Assembly (NCBI GenBank): GCA_951406725.2
Contig: OX597833.1
Coordinates: 71,796,001 to 71,860,000 of the forward strand
Length of the DNA: 64,000 bases
From: Octopus vulgaris
Taxonomy: Eukaryota
Direction of reading: 5' to 3'
The number at the start of each line of letters is the position of its first letter. Position 1 is the stretch's first letter. A model generated the notes under the pieces. That model saw only the letters and a program-made list of their open reading frames with translations, did not search any database and was not told where the DNA came from. Of the stretch, positions 45,199-59,300 are shown one piece after another. Position numbers and translations under genes: made by a program.

Positions 45199-45339
45199 TC
45201 AATATGAAATCTTAGGTTGCTGCGTTAATAAAATATTAAATCTTTTCTTGATGGTCACTCTGTGTCTTGAATAAACATCATCAGGCGAAAATCTGGCTGG
45301 GTGAGCAGAAACTGTTGGGTTTCCTTGAGGGTCCACCTT
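45199..45339 (-). CDS. NOP10: H/ACA ribonucleoprotein subunit 3 (NOP10), exon 2 (terminal)
   Basis: ttttttgtttttccag acceptor, then [46 protein letters not shown], matching human [46 protein letters not shown]; absent from the ORF track; exon 1 not found. Confidence 0.95.
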   Translation of the reverse strand, partial: KVDPQGNPTVSAHPARFSPDDVYSRHRVTIKKRFNILLTQQPKISY

Positions 45340-45809
45340 CTGGAAAAACAAAAAAACAAGACAAATTATTTAACAAGTAACAAAAATAACACAAAAAAAA
45401 AGGCTACATTTGAAGAACACAGAAATATAATTTCAAATGACAACTACATGAAATGAGACCACTCTCATGTGATATTGGGGCTCTTCAGGCCAGTGGACCC
45501 CCAACGGGCAAAGAATCGGACTGTTTCTGTGCTGAGGTTTCCCCAAAGGTCTTCGTATTGTATACCTGTCTCTCCTTTCTAAATTCCTGTGGCAATTGAG
45601 CACAACAGGTGGAGGTGACCACTGAGTTGCAACTATGAACCTGCATTTAAGCAGTCCTTGGACAAGTGGTCATTCCCTCTGAACCCATTGCAGCACTATC
45701 CACCCTGTATTCAGGGAGAGACCTAGAAAAGGTGGGCCCTAAACATTGCCCACCCTAGGCCATCTGGCCAGTTAACTGCAACTGATGGATCACCCAAAAA
45801 CAGTAAAAA

Positions 45810-45909
45810 NNNNNNNNNNNNNNNNNNNNNNNNNNNNNNNNNNNNNNNNNNNNNNNNNNNNNNNNNNNNNNNNNNNNNNNNNNNNNNNNNNNNNNNNNNN
45901 NNNNNNNNN
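45810..45909. other. assembly gap (100 N)
   Basis: Run of n characters; the fixed 100-N size suggests a scaffolding gap of unknown length. Confidence 0.98.
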
Positions 45910-46339
45910 AATCGACGTTAAATGATGATGATGATGTGAAGGTGGCTGGTGAGCCACGTTCAGTTGCCAGAAGGAAGAAAGGACAATATTGCAACACAGT
46001 AACTGATGAGAGAAGTTTACCATCATCATCATCATACCTCTGTTTTTCCATGCTAGCTTGGAAAGGATCCTCTCCAACACAGCATCTTCCTATTTATTCT
46101 TGGCCATTGTCAACTTCTTGATGAGACGAACATAGTGAATCAAACTTCACTACTTCTCAATTTTCTTGTTTCAAGGGAAAGGTTTGAGCGGAAACTTCCA
46201 ATCCAAGAGAATATATTATTTATTCTTATTGAATATTTACTTCTTGGAATACCTGCTCCTTGTTGGACCCATTCAAATTTAACAGTAATTGTCCCAACTA
46301 AACAAATGAAAGGAAAGGGGATTGGTGGATAACCACATC

Positions 46340-46651
46340 ACTGTTTCAGTAAAGCCAGAAATGTTGTCTATAGTATAAGATGTAAAGAGGGACGATGCAG
46401 TAACAAGACGACTTACGTAGGGGAAACGGCAAGAAGCATAGGAGAGCGGGTAAATGAACATTGGAGAGAACTCAAGGAAGGTAAAAGCTCATCGATTCTG
46501 TACCAACACGCCGAACAGGAACATGGGGGAATTATTAACAACATAGAAATTAAAATATTGTCCACACAGAACAGATGCAACAATCAGATAAATTAGAGAA
46601 GCTACACACATAATAGAAGATAAATCTAGCCTGAATAGGAAACTGGAATGG
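46340..46651 (+). pseudogene. Penelope-like element GIY-YIG endonuclease remnant
   Basis: CFSKARNVVYSIRCKEGRCSNKTTYVGETARSIGERVNEHWRELKEGKSSSILYQHAEQEHGG.., then a frameshift and stop, then ..IREATHIIEDKSSLNRKLEW; typical NVVY..C..C..YVGET.R...R..EH. Confidence 0.85.
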
Positions 46652-48460
46652 AAGACAAGCACACACCACAACATATGACAGTAGAGGATCCCCATAAACT
46701 GGTTACAATATAAACAAAACCGAAAACATAATAAATAAAATATACAGATAAATAAACAAATAGAAATAAATAACTATATAAGTTTTTTTTTGTCTAATTT
46801 AAAAGATTTAAAAAAAATTTATTATTATTATTATTAGTAGTATTACTAGTATTGTTGTTATACATACATACAAGCATATGTAATGATAATAATAATAATA
46901 AGTGGATGTAAACACATGAACAAAATAAGAATAAAGAAAAACAACAACAAATTACATGAACGTATATAAACAGAAGATGCAAATATTACAGGCATCCCCC
47001 CCCACACACTAAATAAACATAGACGCACATAGAGATATAAGCATGTGCAAATGAAGACATACAATAGAAATACAAAATGGCTAACGGTTAGTAAGGAGAG
47101 ACACAAATAAGAAAGAAGAAGTAAAGAAAAGACCACTGAAAGAACTCTGGCCGAAATAAGACTAAAAAATAAATAACACCGAAGCAAAGTAACACCAAAT
47201 ATATAGTGTGTGTGTTTTTATTGGCTAAACTGGCAAAATGACCATTCAGAAATATATTAAAAAAAAATCATGTGTCTCTGGCGAGAGGTCATGGTTTGGA
47301 AGGTCTATGTTGGAGGTGAAGAAAAACCTAGAGGTATTAAAATTTGGAAAAAATAAGATATAATTCATGTACATAAAGAGATGAGTTTGTATGATAAAGA
47401 AATCTTCCAATAATACACCATGGTATACTCTACCAGTTCTATGCTCTCACCTTTTAGTGTTGGTCTTTTATTTAAATAGTTCTTTATAAAATGGTGAGTT
47501 GACATTTTGGCTGAGGGGACCTTACCCAACATGTCAAAACTCAATTTTCCTCATTCTAATTTAATCTTATCTTCTATTTATAAGGATCTCTTATTTTATT
47601 TCTTTATATATTCCATTCATTTTCTAAGATGTTTTATTTGAATACTAAATTAATTCTTTCTTTTACCATTACCACCACTGGTAAAACTAAAACTTACCGG
47701 CTTTTTCTCCAGTTGCTTATAAAGACAAATTCCACTGCTACCTTTAAAAATTTTTATTCCTCCAAAATTTCAGTCGACTGATTTTCTTGGAGTTATCTCC
47801 CCATTCCTTGCTTTTTTTTATAGCTTAGATCTTTAAGCATCAGTTGAGGGAATTTTGCTTACTAGTTGCATGGGTAATCCCAGCAAAGGTTTTTAACTCA
47901 CTATATTACATATGCGAGACCCTCTACATCAAGAATACAGAATGTTGCCCTGAGATATTTTCTATGCAGTCATTTTGTTGATATTTATGAACAACACCAT
48001 TACATTCTTTCCATTTATATTTATAGTGATTACTCTCTAACTTCTTAACTGAGTAGAATACGATTCGCTGTGGAGTTCTAAGACTGAAACATGTCGGCTG
48101 CTTTCGCCAGTTGACTTAAAGGTTCAACTGTCTTGTCTTTATCTTACAGAAATGTCGATTGACTGATCTTAACGAAGTTATCTCCCATGCTTGTAATTTT
48201 TCGACTTCAAACACCCCTCACAGGGCCCTTTTGACGATCAGTTCCATCGATAATGTTAATTAATCGAATTAACGTACGTTTGGGAGAGTCTACTGCACGC
48301 ACTGGGCTTTTTAGGTAAAAAGTCAATTTCTGAAAGGCTAAAATGTAGCATGAATTATGTCAGCATATTATTAGCATGTATCTTAGGTTACCATCATCCC
48401 AGGGATGAAAACATGAAGTTTTTATTAGGGGCGAAAAATAAAAGAAAGTAAAAACATTAC

Positions 48461-49150
48461 CGGGTTCTTCGTTTTGGGTGGGTGGTGGTGGGGCGGGAGA
48501 GTGACCCAACACAAATGGCTTCTTTTTTTTAATCAGCTAAATTCTCTCGTCTTGTAATATGAACAACTAACTCATACGTTGTGATTGAGATTCGATGGCA
48601 GAGCAGGATTCTGGTGCTAAACCCACGCTACAAGAAGAAATAACCAAACCTCAGCAGAAGAGAAGAAGAAGTGGCGGGAGGGGTGAGGTCCAGTTATATA
48701 TATACACCTTCACTGCTGCTGCCACCTGTAGTCGAATTGTGTAAGCTAAAGGGTAGATAACCGTACAGAGTCTCCGATGCAAACTGTGACAACAAAAAAG
48801 CCGAGTGCTACCAGTAGGTCTGAACATCGTGTAGTTCTCTCATCTCTTCCTCTATTCCCGTCGCTGCACATTTCCAATGGGACCCTCGGACAGTCTGTAG
48901 CCTGATCAGAAAACTTAACCACGCTGGTATGTCGACAATTTTTCCATCGATCTCCTCTTTTGCCATCTGTTATCCCTAATTATTACTTTAACTAATTAAC
49001 CACCTCGTCCTTCGACCGACACTGTTTCGTCTGCATGTCACTAGACTTGCAAATATAGATTCCACTCTTTCTACTTCCTCTCCAATCCAGCCAGACCCAT
49101 TGATCGATAATTCACACACTTGATGTCCAAATGTCCCGAACACACTTCCG
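48461..49150 (-). promoter_or_regulatory. putative promoter / non-coding first exon of a minus-strand transcript
   Basis: CpG-enriched unique sequence, ETS site CGGAAGTG at ~49143-49150 (minus), donor CG|GTAATG at 48460; no recognisable ORF. Confidence 0.3.
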
Positions 49151-49192
49151 CGCTACATACACACACACACATATATACATATATATATATAC

Positions 49193-49227
<35 letters not shown>

Positions 49228-50458
49228 TGTATTTGTGTCTGTATTCCTGTAGCGCACCTGTCTAAATTCAATAATGTTTTAATTATATTCTAATGCTTTT
49301 CTCAAAGTGTGTTCCACCCCACTCAGCACCCACCCTCATCACATTTTACAGACTGCACGGATTTTGTTTTGCTATGTATTTGTTGTTTGTTTGAGGCTTG
49401 TATAATTTATAAAACGATTTCATTCCATGCAATCTAATTTATGTTACACACACACACACAGAACTTCCCCTGCAATTTACACATCCACTCATTCACACAC
49501 ACATAAATTTATTTCCCACGGTGGCTGATGTCAATTCTTGCTGTTCACCAATGTGTAATATCACATGCCACAAACAAAACTTATATTCCTCATAATGATA
49601 TGCCTTTGCTTATAATATATAGTAATATTATATTGGCCTACATAAGTCACATGCGGGGCCAGAGAAGTTAAATCTGGTCGACAATCATACTCGACCCCGA
49701 GGAACAAGTGACGTTATACATACATGCACACACACACATATATATATATATATTTTATATATAATGTATTTATATAATTTTGCCATTTTTACTTGGCGAT
49801 ACCGGTCTCTACATGCCCAAACACACCATGGATACAGTTATTCCTTGTATTTAAAGATTTCAAGTACCAACCCCATCAGATCCTGTGTACAATCTCCCGG
49901 AATAATAAACAAGTAACAGAATGCACTTTCCAAACCCTTAGCAAATTATATGGAGATTATATATAATCAACGCATGCATAATATATACACACAGATCTCT
50001 CTCTCTCTCTCTCTCTGTTTAGCTGCTATCCTGTTGGCAACATTAAAACAGTAGCCACAGAGCACTTGTTCCTTGTTCAGCCAATGTCCACACCACGGCC
50101 TCCCTTTTTTATAAAATATTACAGAAATAAATAGGATTCTCCTGCCCCTGCTCCACCTCCCAATTATTAAAGCTGTTCTTAATTTCCTGTTCTTTACTTC
50201 TGTAACCCTCCGAGTCATTATAATATATGATGTAAAAAGAAAAAAAAGAATAAATTTTTAAAAATCGGTTGAGGTAGCCGAGATGGAAGACGACCGGACT
50301 GTCGTCTCCTTTGGTCTTGTCTTATCTCGGTGTTCGACTCCCGCTGGAGTCCACTTGGCTTTCCATTCCTCCATAAAATACCTGTAATTCGGTAGTTATG
50401 AAGAAAATCAGCTTTTTGTCTAATCAGAAGAAATCGATATCTAATTTAAAAGAAATGG

Positions 50459-50516
<58 letters not shown>

Positions 50517-51434
50517 ATCCGGACCAACTGTGGTAAGACAAACCACAGGATCGTCTTCATGGATTAGTCAGAGCTGTTTCAGAAGCATTGAAATATTCAA
50601 TATTTTAATATCTGTTTGTTCTGAGGGAGAGAAATGATAAAATATTAATTATCGCTAGAATTATGTGTGCGTGTGTGAAATAAAAAGATTCCGTTCTCTG
50701 GATTAATTAGTGAGTATTTCGGGAAAAGATGAACGTTACAAATTCCCATTCTTTTTTATTTCTTCATTCTTATAAACAGTTTTTCTATTTTCGTCGGAGC
50801 AATTCACTTTTCGAAACGACACCTGGTCGTACGGGGAAAAATCCCCGAAATCTGTTTTTGATTTATGTTAGCTGTGAGATATTTTAGCTGCCTGACAAGT
50901 ATGTTTGTTACTAAACAGAGGAAACCCTAAAAAAAAAACTACATCTCCGCCCCTTCCTCCTCCTGCAAAGCCTTAATAAACTCATTCCCGTTTAATACAT
51001 ATTTCATATGTGGTACATAACAAGGTTTATAAGGAGAGGGAGGAAGGTTGTATGGTTTTTATGTCTTTTTCAAAAGCTTTAGCGATTTGAAACTGGGTCT
51101 GCAGGGAATTGAAACCGGGACGTGGCGAGCCAATGAGGAAACCCATATGTGGTCGTTCGATTTATTAGAAATAGTAACCAAATGAAATCTCTCTCTTTCT
51201 CAAGTCGCACCCCGCTCCTGTCTTAAAAATGGAAAGACTGGACAACATAATCCGGCGCACACCGTTCATACAAAAGAAAAAAAGCAAATAAAACATTAAA
51301 AAAAAACAAACGAATCACAGATGGGGTGGTCTAGGTTGGAATGTCTCTGGTTATAATAAATGTGCTGGATCAGCTCCGACTTGGGGGCAAGCAACAACTA
51401 CATTAACCGAGATTCAGAATAATGAGATGGCTTC

Positions 51435-51475
<41 letters not shown>

Positions 51476-52218
51476 GCTTTTGGTTTCCTTCGTTCTTTCT
51501 CTCCATCGATTTCTTTTCACTTGGCACAAGACCAACAATTTCAGAGACCACAGCTTCAAGATTATTTGCATTGATTACATTACATATTACTGGTATTTTC
51601 GATTGGTAGACTTGTCAGAGAGCCAGGCAGAACCCGCTGTGCAAGGTGAGGGCAGTCTCAGCTGCATTGAAGGCCGCTCAGTTAATCAATGTTCTGGGGC
51701 CTTGAATACTTACTTATTGACTGCCAACCACAACAGGCATAGATTACAATTGGGCCGTTTGACCTATGGGGGTCCCTTACCAACTGTCCCGTGTGCTTGG
51801 GCCTTAAGAAGGCTCTGCACTTGTTAAGTTGTTCATGTCTCTTTACATAACGAGTTCAAATCCCGTGAAGCTCAGCTTTATCTTTTCCTCTTTCTGGGGT
51901 AAATAAAATTCGACTTATACTGCTATAAGGCATTCGAATATAGGAACGGGGTTATAAAAGAAGACCTAGAAGAAACCCACATTTTCTTCATTCCCACAAA
52001 AGCAATGGGCTTAGTCCCTCATACCGCCCCCCTCAACCAATTACATCTCTTCTGGTATTCTTATTAGTTATTGACTGGGGAGCGGGGTGGAGATGAAACA
52101 GGGGCACTTTCGTCAGTCTCTTATACTATTGCATTGTCTTTTGGAACTATTCACAAAACTTCAAGTTATGTCTGTCTATCTATTTATCTGCCTGCCTATC
52201 TAAATATTATATGCATGA

Positions 52219-52324
<106 letters not shown>

Positions 52325-53909
52325 CCTTTTTTTCTACATTTGTTCACCCCACCGTCTTACCCAATCAACCCTTCAAAACTTTTTCTTCTTTTGCTTCTGT
52401 CAATTTCCATTTTTGTTTTCTTCTTATTCTTCACACCGTTTCCTCATCTGCTTTGCTCTTCTCTTCTTTTTACCATTTTCTTCCCGTCTCCTCACATTCG
52501 GTTATACGTATGCATATTGCATATGCATCTGCGTATAACGTGTGTGTGTGTGTGTGTGTGTGTATGTATGGTTGTGTATTTGTATCCCCTGCTTCCTCCC
52601 CCTCCCCCCCCCACACACATGTACATGGGTGTGTGTGTGTGTGTGCATCTAATTATTCTGTATGCTCTCTCATCTTCATCCTTTAAATTTATCCAGTTTT
52701 GTGTGTGTGTGTGGGACTAACATTTTTCTTTTTTTTTTTATTGTTTTGTAACATTTCCTGCTTCTCTGTATATGTATTTATGCATGTGTGTGTGTGTGTG
52801 TGTGTGTGTGTCTGTTGATAGAATTATGTAGATGCCTGTTTGTGTATATCTCTGCATATTTTGGATCTTACGGTTCTGAGTTTGGGTTATCAATTACTAC
52901 CTCAAATGATAATGGTGGTGGTGGTGGTGTGCATTCTTCCATCGCCTCCTCCTCCTTTCCCCTCCCCCTCCTAATCCATCTACAGGATTTCGCTGCTTTT
53001 TGCTCAGATATACATATTAGATAAGTTCAGTGCAGCTGCTCCCCCCCTCCCTCCATCTCCCCAACATCTGTTCGTTTGTCTATGTTCTTCAAAGAAAAAC
53101 ACAGACAGGTAATATTTGCTAAGGAACATTGCCAAACTTACAATACCTCTTTACTCCTTTGTGTCTCTATATATATATATATATAACCCTCTGCCCTTAC
53201 ATTACACACACACACACACACACACACATTATAATCCTCTGCCCTTACACACACACACACACATGTTATTCTTCTGCCTTTCTCTATCTCTCTTTCTCTC
53301 CCTGTCTCTCTTTCTCTCTGTTCCTCTCTCTTTCTCTGTGTGTGTTAGACCAAGTAATATATTTAATATTCAAATCAAAAGAAATTTCAAAAACTAATTC
53401 TTACCAGTATTATTGTTGTTGTTGTTGTTAGTAGTAGTAATAGTAGTAGTTGTTGTTGTCATTCCCCCACCCTACCCCATGCAACACACCTATGATGAAA
53501 GATGTTCAAGCTGTGGCCATTTTGTATTTTTTCTTTTAATTTTTATTCTTCAGGTTGTGCATATTATCATCCAATGTGGTTTTTGCATCTTTTAAAGTGA
53601 TGTGAGAGTGTAATTTAAGGGAAATTTGACTGCTATTTCCAGCAGATCGCTTTGTCACCTAGGATACTAGTTTCCAGTGTTTCAATGCCCACCCTAACCT
53701 CCCCATGCTCCAGGTACACAACTCACCTACAATGAACTTTTAATCTCCAGTCAATAATCTTCAGGTTTTCTCACTGATTCTCTCCTTTTCTGCCATTTTA
53801 TGACTTTGAGATTGGGACTCTCAGGTTTTTTGCTGTCATCTAAATAAAAAAAAAAAATTTGTGACACCCTTAACTACTGCCCATGCCACGCTTCAGTGTC
53901 AGGGACAAT

Positions 53910-54322
53910 ACTCTTTTACTCTCTCTTTTACTTGTTTCAGTCATTTGACTGCGGCCATGCTGGAGCACTACCTTTAATCGAGCAACTCGACCCCGGGACT
54001 TATTCTTTTTGCAAGCCCAGTACTTATTCTATCGGTCTCTTTTGCCGAACCGCTAAGTAACGGGGACGTAAACACACCAGCATCGGTTGTCAAGCAATGC
54101 TAGGGGGACAGACACACAAACACACACACACATATATACATATATATACATATATACGACGGGCTTCTTTCAGTTTCTGTCTACCAAATCCACTCACAAG
54201 GCTTTGGTCGGCCCGAGGCTATAGTGGAAGACACTTGCCCAAGGTGCCATGCAGTGGGACTGAACCCGGAACCATGTGGTTGGTTAGCAAGCTGCTTACC
54301 ACACAGCCACTCCTGCGCCTAT
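53910..54322 (-). mobile_element. full-length tRNA-head SINE
   Basis: Head ATAGGCGCAGGAGTGGCTGTGTGG.. on the minus strand, internal (TA/CA)n, (GAGTAAAA)n tail. Confidence 0.88.
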
Positions 54323-54802
54323 GTTAGAAAATATTATCACAAAGGCCCTCCCCTTATCATCTTTTGTTTTGGTTTCTGCTGAGCATTGTAGTGTAAAAAG
54401 TAAAGCTGCTGGTGTGCCAAGCTTTAGTGAAATTGGTTTCAAATCTCTGGTTCTGTTGTTGTTTAGACCAAGGGCAGGTCCCTAAACCAGCAGAACTTTG
54501 ACCAAGGAGGTTTCAGCTGTGATGTTCTCACTGTACTAAACAGACGTAGTGTACTTAGCACTTCGTAATCCACTACCCTTTCATTTTTTGGATGGTAAGC
54601 TGTGATTTGAGGTAGATTTGGCTGCTATTTCTAATAGGTGAGGTGCGTGCTGTTCTGAAAGAAATCGTGGTTGCTATTGCCTGGGGAAACAAAAAACGAC
54701 AGTCCAGGATGGAAAACATGTTCAATGATGATGAGGAATACCAATTTGTAATTTGGGCCCATGGCCATCACTTTTAAGGAGATGGAGAATTAGTGAATAC
54801 CT

Positions 54803-55034
54803 ATTTCTTTATTGCCCACAGGGGGGTAAAGACAGAGGGGACAAACAAGGACAGACGTAGGTATTAAGTCGATTACATCGACCCCAGTGCGTAACTGGTA
54901 CTTAATTTATCGACCCCGAAAGGATGAAAGGCAGAGTCGACCACGGTGGAATTTGAACTCACAACGTAACGGCAGACGAAATACCGCAAAGCATTTCGCC
55001 CAGCGTGCTAACGTTTTTGCCAGCTCACCGCCTT
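54803..55034 (-). mobile_element. MetaSINE-like element with 14-bp TSD, nested in an older copy
   Basis: TSD ATTAGTGAATACCT at 54789-54802 and 55035-55048. Confidence 0.85.
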
Positions 55035-57164
55035 ATTAGTGAATACCTTTGACCCCAGTACTTGACTGGTACCTTATCTGATTGACCCGGGAGGGATGAA
55101 GGATAAAGCTTATCTTGGCATGATTCAAACCCCAAATGTAAAGATCCGGAAGAAATACTGCTAAACATTTTCCCAAGATTTTAACAATTTTGCCAGCTTG
55201 CTACCCTAATAATAATAATGATAATAATAATAATTAATAATGATGATGATGATGATGATAATAATAATTATCAAAGTGACATACATAGTGTATATGTTTT
55301 GTTTATTCATTGATTAGCCGGAGGATAGTGTCCTGTGAAGCATCCATTCTTGATGTTGAAAAACAGAATGTTTCAGACCAGGCGAGACAGTCTGTGTTCC
55401 AGATGAGTGGGAATGGTGGACATTGCTCTTTCACTGCCTTCCAGCTCATCACTGAGTGAAAGTGTCTGCAAGTCTCTCCTCTCCATGACAACCAATGTTT
55501 ATTCAAAGAAAAGGATGCCAACTTGGGTTGATAGAGCTTAGCGTCAGTGTTGTCTTAGGTGTTGTTGGTAGAACTCAAAGATCCAGGATAAGATAGCCCT
55601 GGGTACCTTGCTTGACCCTTTAACAGTTCCACCAGTCCTCCGTCCAGGATTGATACTTGTTCTGTTGATACTGGAAGGATGAAAAGCAAAGTCAACCTGG
55701 GTAGGATTTGAACTCAGAAAGCTGAGAGATGGAACAAATACTGTGAGGCCCTAACAACTCTACCCATTTGCACCAGAGAGAGGAAGTCTGCTTGTCTTTC
55801 CTCACCAATGAGAGATGACAGTGCAGTCCCACTGGAGCCAGATCTGTCTCTCTTGTGATCAGAGCTCTTTGACTCAACTTCATAATTTCATGATGTTAGG
55901 CACCAGATTCCAAAATGGCAAAAGTGGTATGTGGAGGATTTAATTCAATAACAATGTTTTATGTTAAAGATGTCAGGAGCGGGGTCAGGGTCAGTTGATT
56001 CCATTAAATACAGTGTTTTATGCTTGTGTTGTTCCTGGGGAAAGAAATAACAGTTGAGACCCTTTTTGTCAGACTTCCAACTGGAAGGAGAAGGAGAGAA
56101 AGCAATCAAAGACCTGATCCAGTTCCTTGTGAAAAAGGGGCTCCTGCTAAAGGCATCCAAAGGATAGATAATAACACTAAACCAGGTGATAGATTAAAAG
56201 AGGTACAGTCTATCGACAACCATCTGATAATGTCTCTTCCTATAGCCTCTGGCTGACCAAAGCCTTGCAAGTCGTCTGTGTGTGTGTGTGTGTGTGTGTG
56301 TGTCCTTGTCTTGGCATCATGTGATGGTTGTAAACGAGTGTCACCATCATACAAGTATGATGTTAAACCTGTCTAGGTATGGGAAAGTATCACCTTTCCA
56401 ACAGGTGAGTGTTGGCAACAGGAAGGGCATCCTGCTTTAGAAAATCTACCTCAGTAAATTTCATCTGACCCATGTAAGTGATAGCTGATGAATATATATA
56501 TATATATACACATACATACATATTCATAAATATCATCATCATTGTTTAATATCTGTTTTCCATGCTGGATAGTTTAACCGGAGCTAGCAAGGCCAAGGGC
56601 TACATTGGGTTCCAATTGTCTGTTTTCTACAACTGGATGTCCTTCCTAACACCAACTATTTACTGTGTGTGTGTGTGTGTGTGCACATACATACACACTA
56701 GTTTCTTGATTTGGTACCTGTTACCACCAAACAATTGGTTTACCCTCTCTGGAAGTAGGGTTGACTTCAATAGATATAGCTAATATGTCCTGTTTTTTTT
56801 CATTCAAATACGTGTCACTTGATATATATATATACATACATACATACATACATACATATATGCATGTATGTATGTATATACATAGGAGAAAGAGGTATGT
56901 TACGCCGCAATAATATATGTATAAAACTTATATATAAAATGTACAAAAGGGGACAAGAACGCAAACTACACAAAGAGACGACACAAAAAAACAGACAGGT
57001 CATTCGAAGCCTGTAATCTTCAGTCAGGAACCGGATCATCTTAGCAATTTCGGCTGATTAATCCTGATATCGCTACGATCCGGCCAGCCCCAAGGAAAAA
57101 CTAAGCTCTGAGCATTAGATTTCTTGGAAAAAGGATCGAATGTATATGAAAATAGAAAGAACTG

Positions 57165-57633
57165 TCAACTTCCCGAGAGAATGAAAATATCACAAAAATT
57201 CATGAACTGATCTTGGAGAACAATTGACAAACTTGTTGATATGAGTGGTGAGTCCTGAAACTCCTGGCAACGAATTTTGAGTGAGGAATTGCAAATGGAA
57301 AGAGTTTCAGCAAAATCTGTGTCTTGCTTGGTCCTAACTGAATGCATGTTGTTAGATCTGAAAGAACGGTTGGAAGTTGATGCTGACCCTTTCTCTGAAG
57401 GTCATCACTTGTGATAAAAGGTGGTGTTATGGAATTTGCAAAAGTGGGAAAGGTGAAGGAAAGAATGATGGAGGCATTAAAAGGCATCATTTCGCAAGAG
57501 TGGGAAATGCATTTGAACCAGTGCATTGCGTCAGATGGGGAATCCTTTGAAAGGGATGAAGGTGTAAACATGCAAAACTAAGTGAATAGAATTATGTTGC
57601 AAAATTCTGGTTTCTTTTGGGTTCCCTCTCGTA
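57165..57633 (+). mobile_element. internally deleted mariner element
   Basis: TSRENENITKIHELIL..QRILSEELQMERVSAKSV..KVITCDKRWCY..QCIASDGESFE; right end ..TTTTGGGTTCCCTCTCGTA. Confidence 0.75.
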
Positions 57634-57989
57634 GCATTAGCCTGGAAAATGGACAGGATGGCCATGGTTGGAAAGCTTTTGGTCATAGCTGATTTTTGGT
57701 TAAACTCTAATGAGATATTGAGTGCCAAAGAAAAACAAGTGATGGTCATGTTTGGAATTACTTTTACTTACAGGCTGGCTCAGTCAGAGCTGGTCTTGGA
57801 ATGCCATAATTGGGAGTTGCAGGAACTGGTGAGAGTCAGAGAGATGAGGCCGACCTGATGTATGGGTGGGTGGGTGGGGTGTGGGATGGCGTAGTCACGG
57901 TAACACTTCCAGAACTTGGTTTCATTGTCAGGGGCAGGTCTTTTCAAGAACTTCATAGAGCCGGAGACCCTGGTCCTTTCTCATCTCCT

Positions 57990-58660
57990 CCCCCAGGATC
58001 AGAGTCCTGAAGTCATCTCATGTTTTCTTCGGCCTTCCTTGTCCACAAGCTCCAGCCATGTTTAGTGATAGTTCTTCTTTATACAGCTGCTCCCCCCCCC
58101 CTCCATACACATCATGTCTCCATACCAGTGCCGTCCTCTGTCTTGCTCACAACAACTGATTTTCCCAATGCCAATTTTTCCCCCTCAGCACCTTTCCTAC
58201 TAATCCTTTCATGCACACTTACATTGCACATCCAATGGAGCATGCCTGTTTCGTTTCCTTCCAGTTCTTCTCAAGTCCTATCTGTTCAAGGCCCACGTCT
58301 CACCACCATGCAGCATTGCAGTTCTAACACAAGCATCAGACACTCTGTGGGCAAAGGCCTTCTTTGTTTGCCAGCAGCAGTTGTAGCATCCTGAACTTCT
58401 CCAACCAGTTCTTACTCTTGCTGCTAGACTCTCAGAGCAACCACCTCTCTCGCCTCTTACATGTCTTGGGTAACAAAAGCTGTCTCATCTGCTTCTAGTG
58501 AGCCATCCGGACACTGAAGACCGGTCTGTCCATTTGCTAGATGCTCCAGTTTGCATCTGCTGCATATGAAGCTTATATTCTTGGATAGCTTGCCAATGAA
58601 TCCACCATGTTTCTTATATGTCTGCAGCTTACATTCAATACGGTGAATGGAGCTTAATGG
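57990..58660 (-). mobile_element. RTE-clade LINE fragment
   Basis: Degenerate homologue of 30530-30975 (..ETWALNR..GMLHWMCNVSV..RHWYGDM..CGQGRPKKT*D). Confidence 0.7.
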
Positions 58661-59300
58661 TTGATGATGGTAATTTCTTTTGTTTGTGACAGGGACATCA
58701 GATGAGGGGACATTACAAGGACAGTTTGCAATTCATGAAAAAGATCAGGAGAAGAAAAGGAGAGGAGGGGGGAATTGAGATAAAAAGTATTCATAGTATA
58801 CAAAAGTGTTTAAACACATGGATGATGTAGTCTTCCTTATACAGGAGAACCTCTGACTTGGGCCAATCAAAGAACCTCACAGATCCAGGATCACCTTGAC
58901 CATGAAGGTTACAAGCTCTCATTCAAATGTTTTTCAATCTACAGGCACATGTCTAGAGTGGGTCCATTCACCCTAACCATTTTTTCACAGAAATATTTGG
59001 GGGTTGGGGAAGAGCACTTGAAGTGGCCTCGTCCACCACACAACCCCTTTTGTCAGAGCCACAGGACTGAGGAGTTCCCAGTTGAGTCACAAGACCATCA
59101 GTTCTGAAGGGAGTAGATTAGTTGGTGCCATCAGCTCCAGTGCTGAACTAGTTCTTTATTTTATCAGCCCGGGTGGGTGGGTGGTGGATGAAAGATAAAA
59201 GATGATCTCAGGGTCTTGGCTGCAGAACATAAAAAGTCAGAAGAAATCCTGTGAACGTATTTTTTTTTAATGTTCGAACAATTCTGTCAATCCACTGCTT

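Noticed and set aside
47446-47500. Minus-strand YLNKRPTLK followed by G|gtgag as possible NOP10 exon 1
   Set aside because: Wrong phase (1 instead of 0), no start Met at the right distance, and the GxRVY motif is missing.
52986-53108. Possible + strand non-coding exon (ctacag .. CAG|gtaata)
   Set aside because: Splice-like signals only, with no ORF or partner exon; insufficient support.
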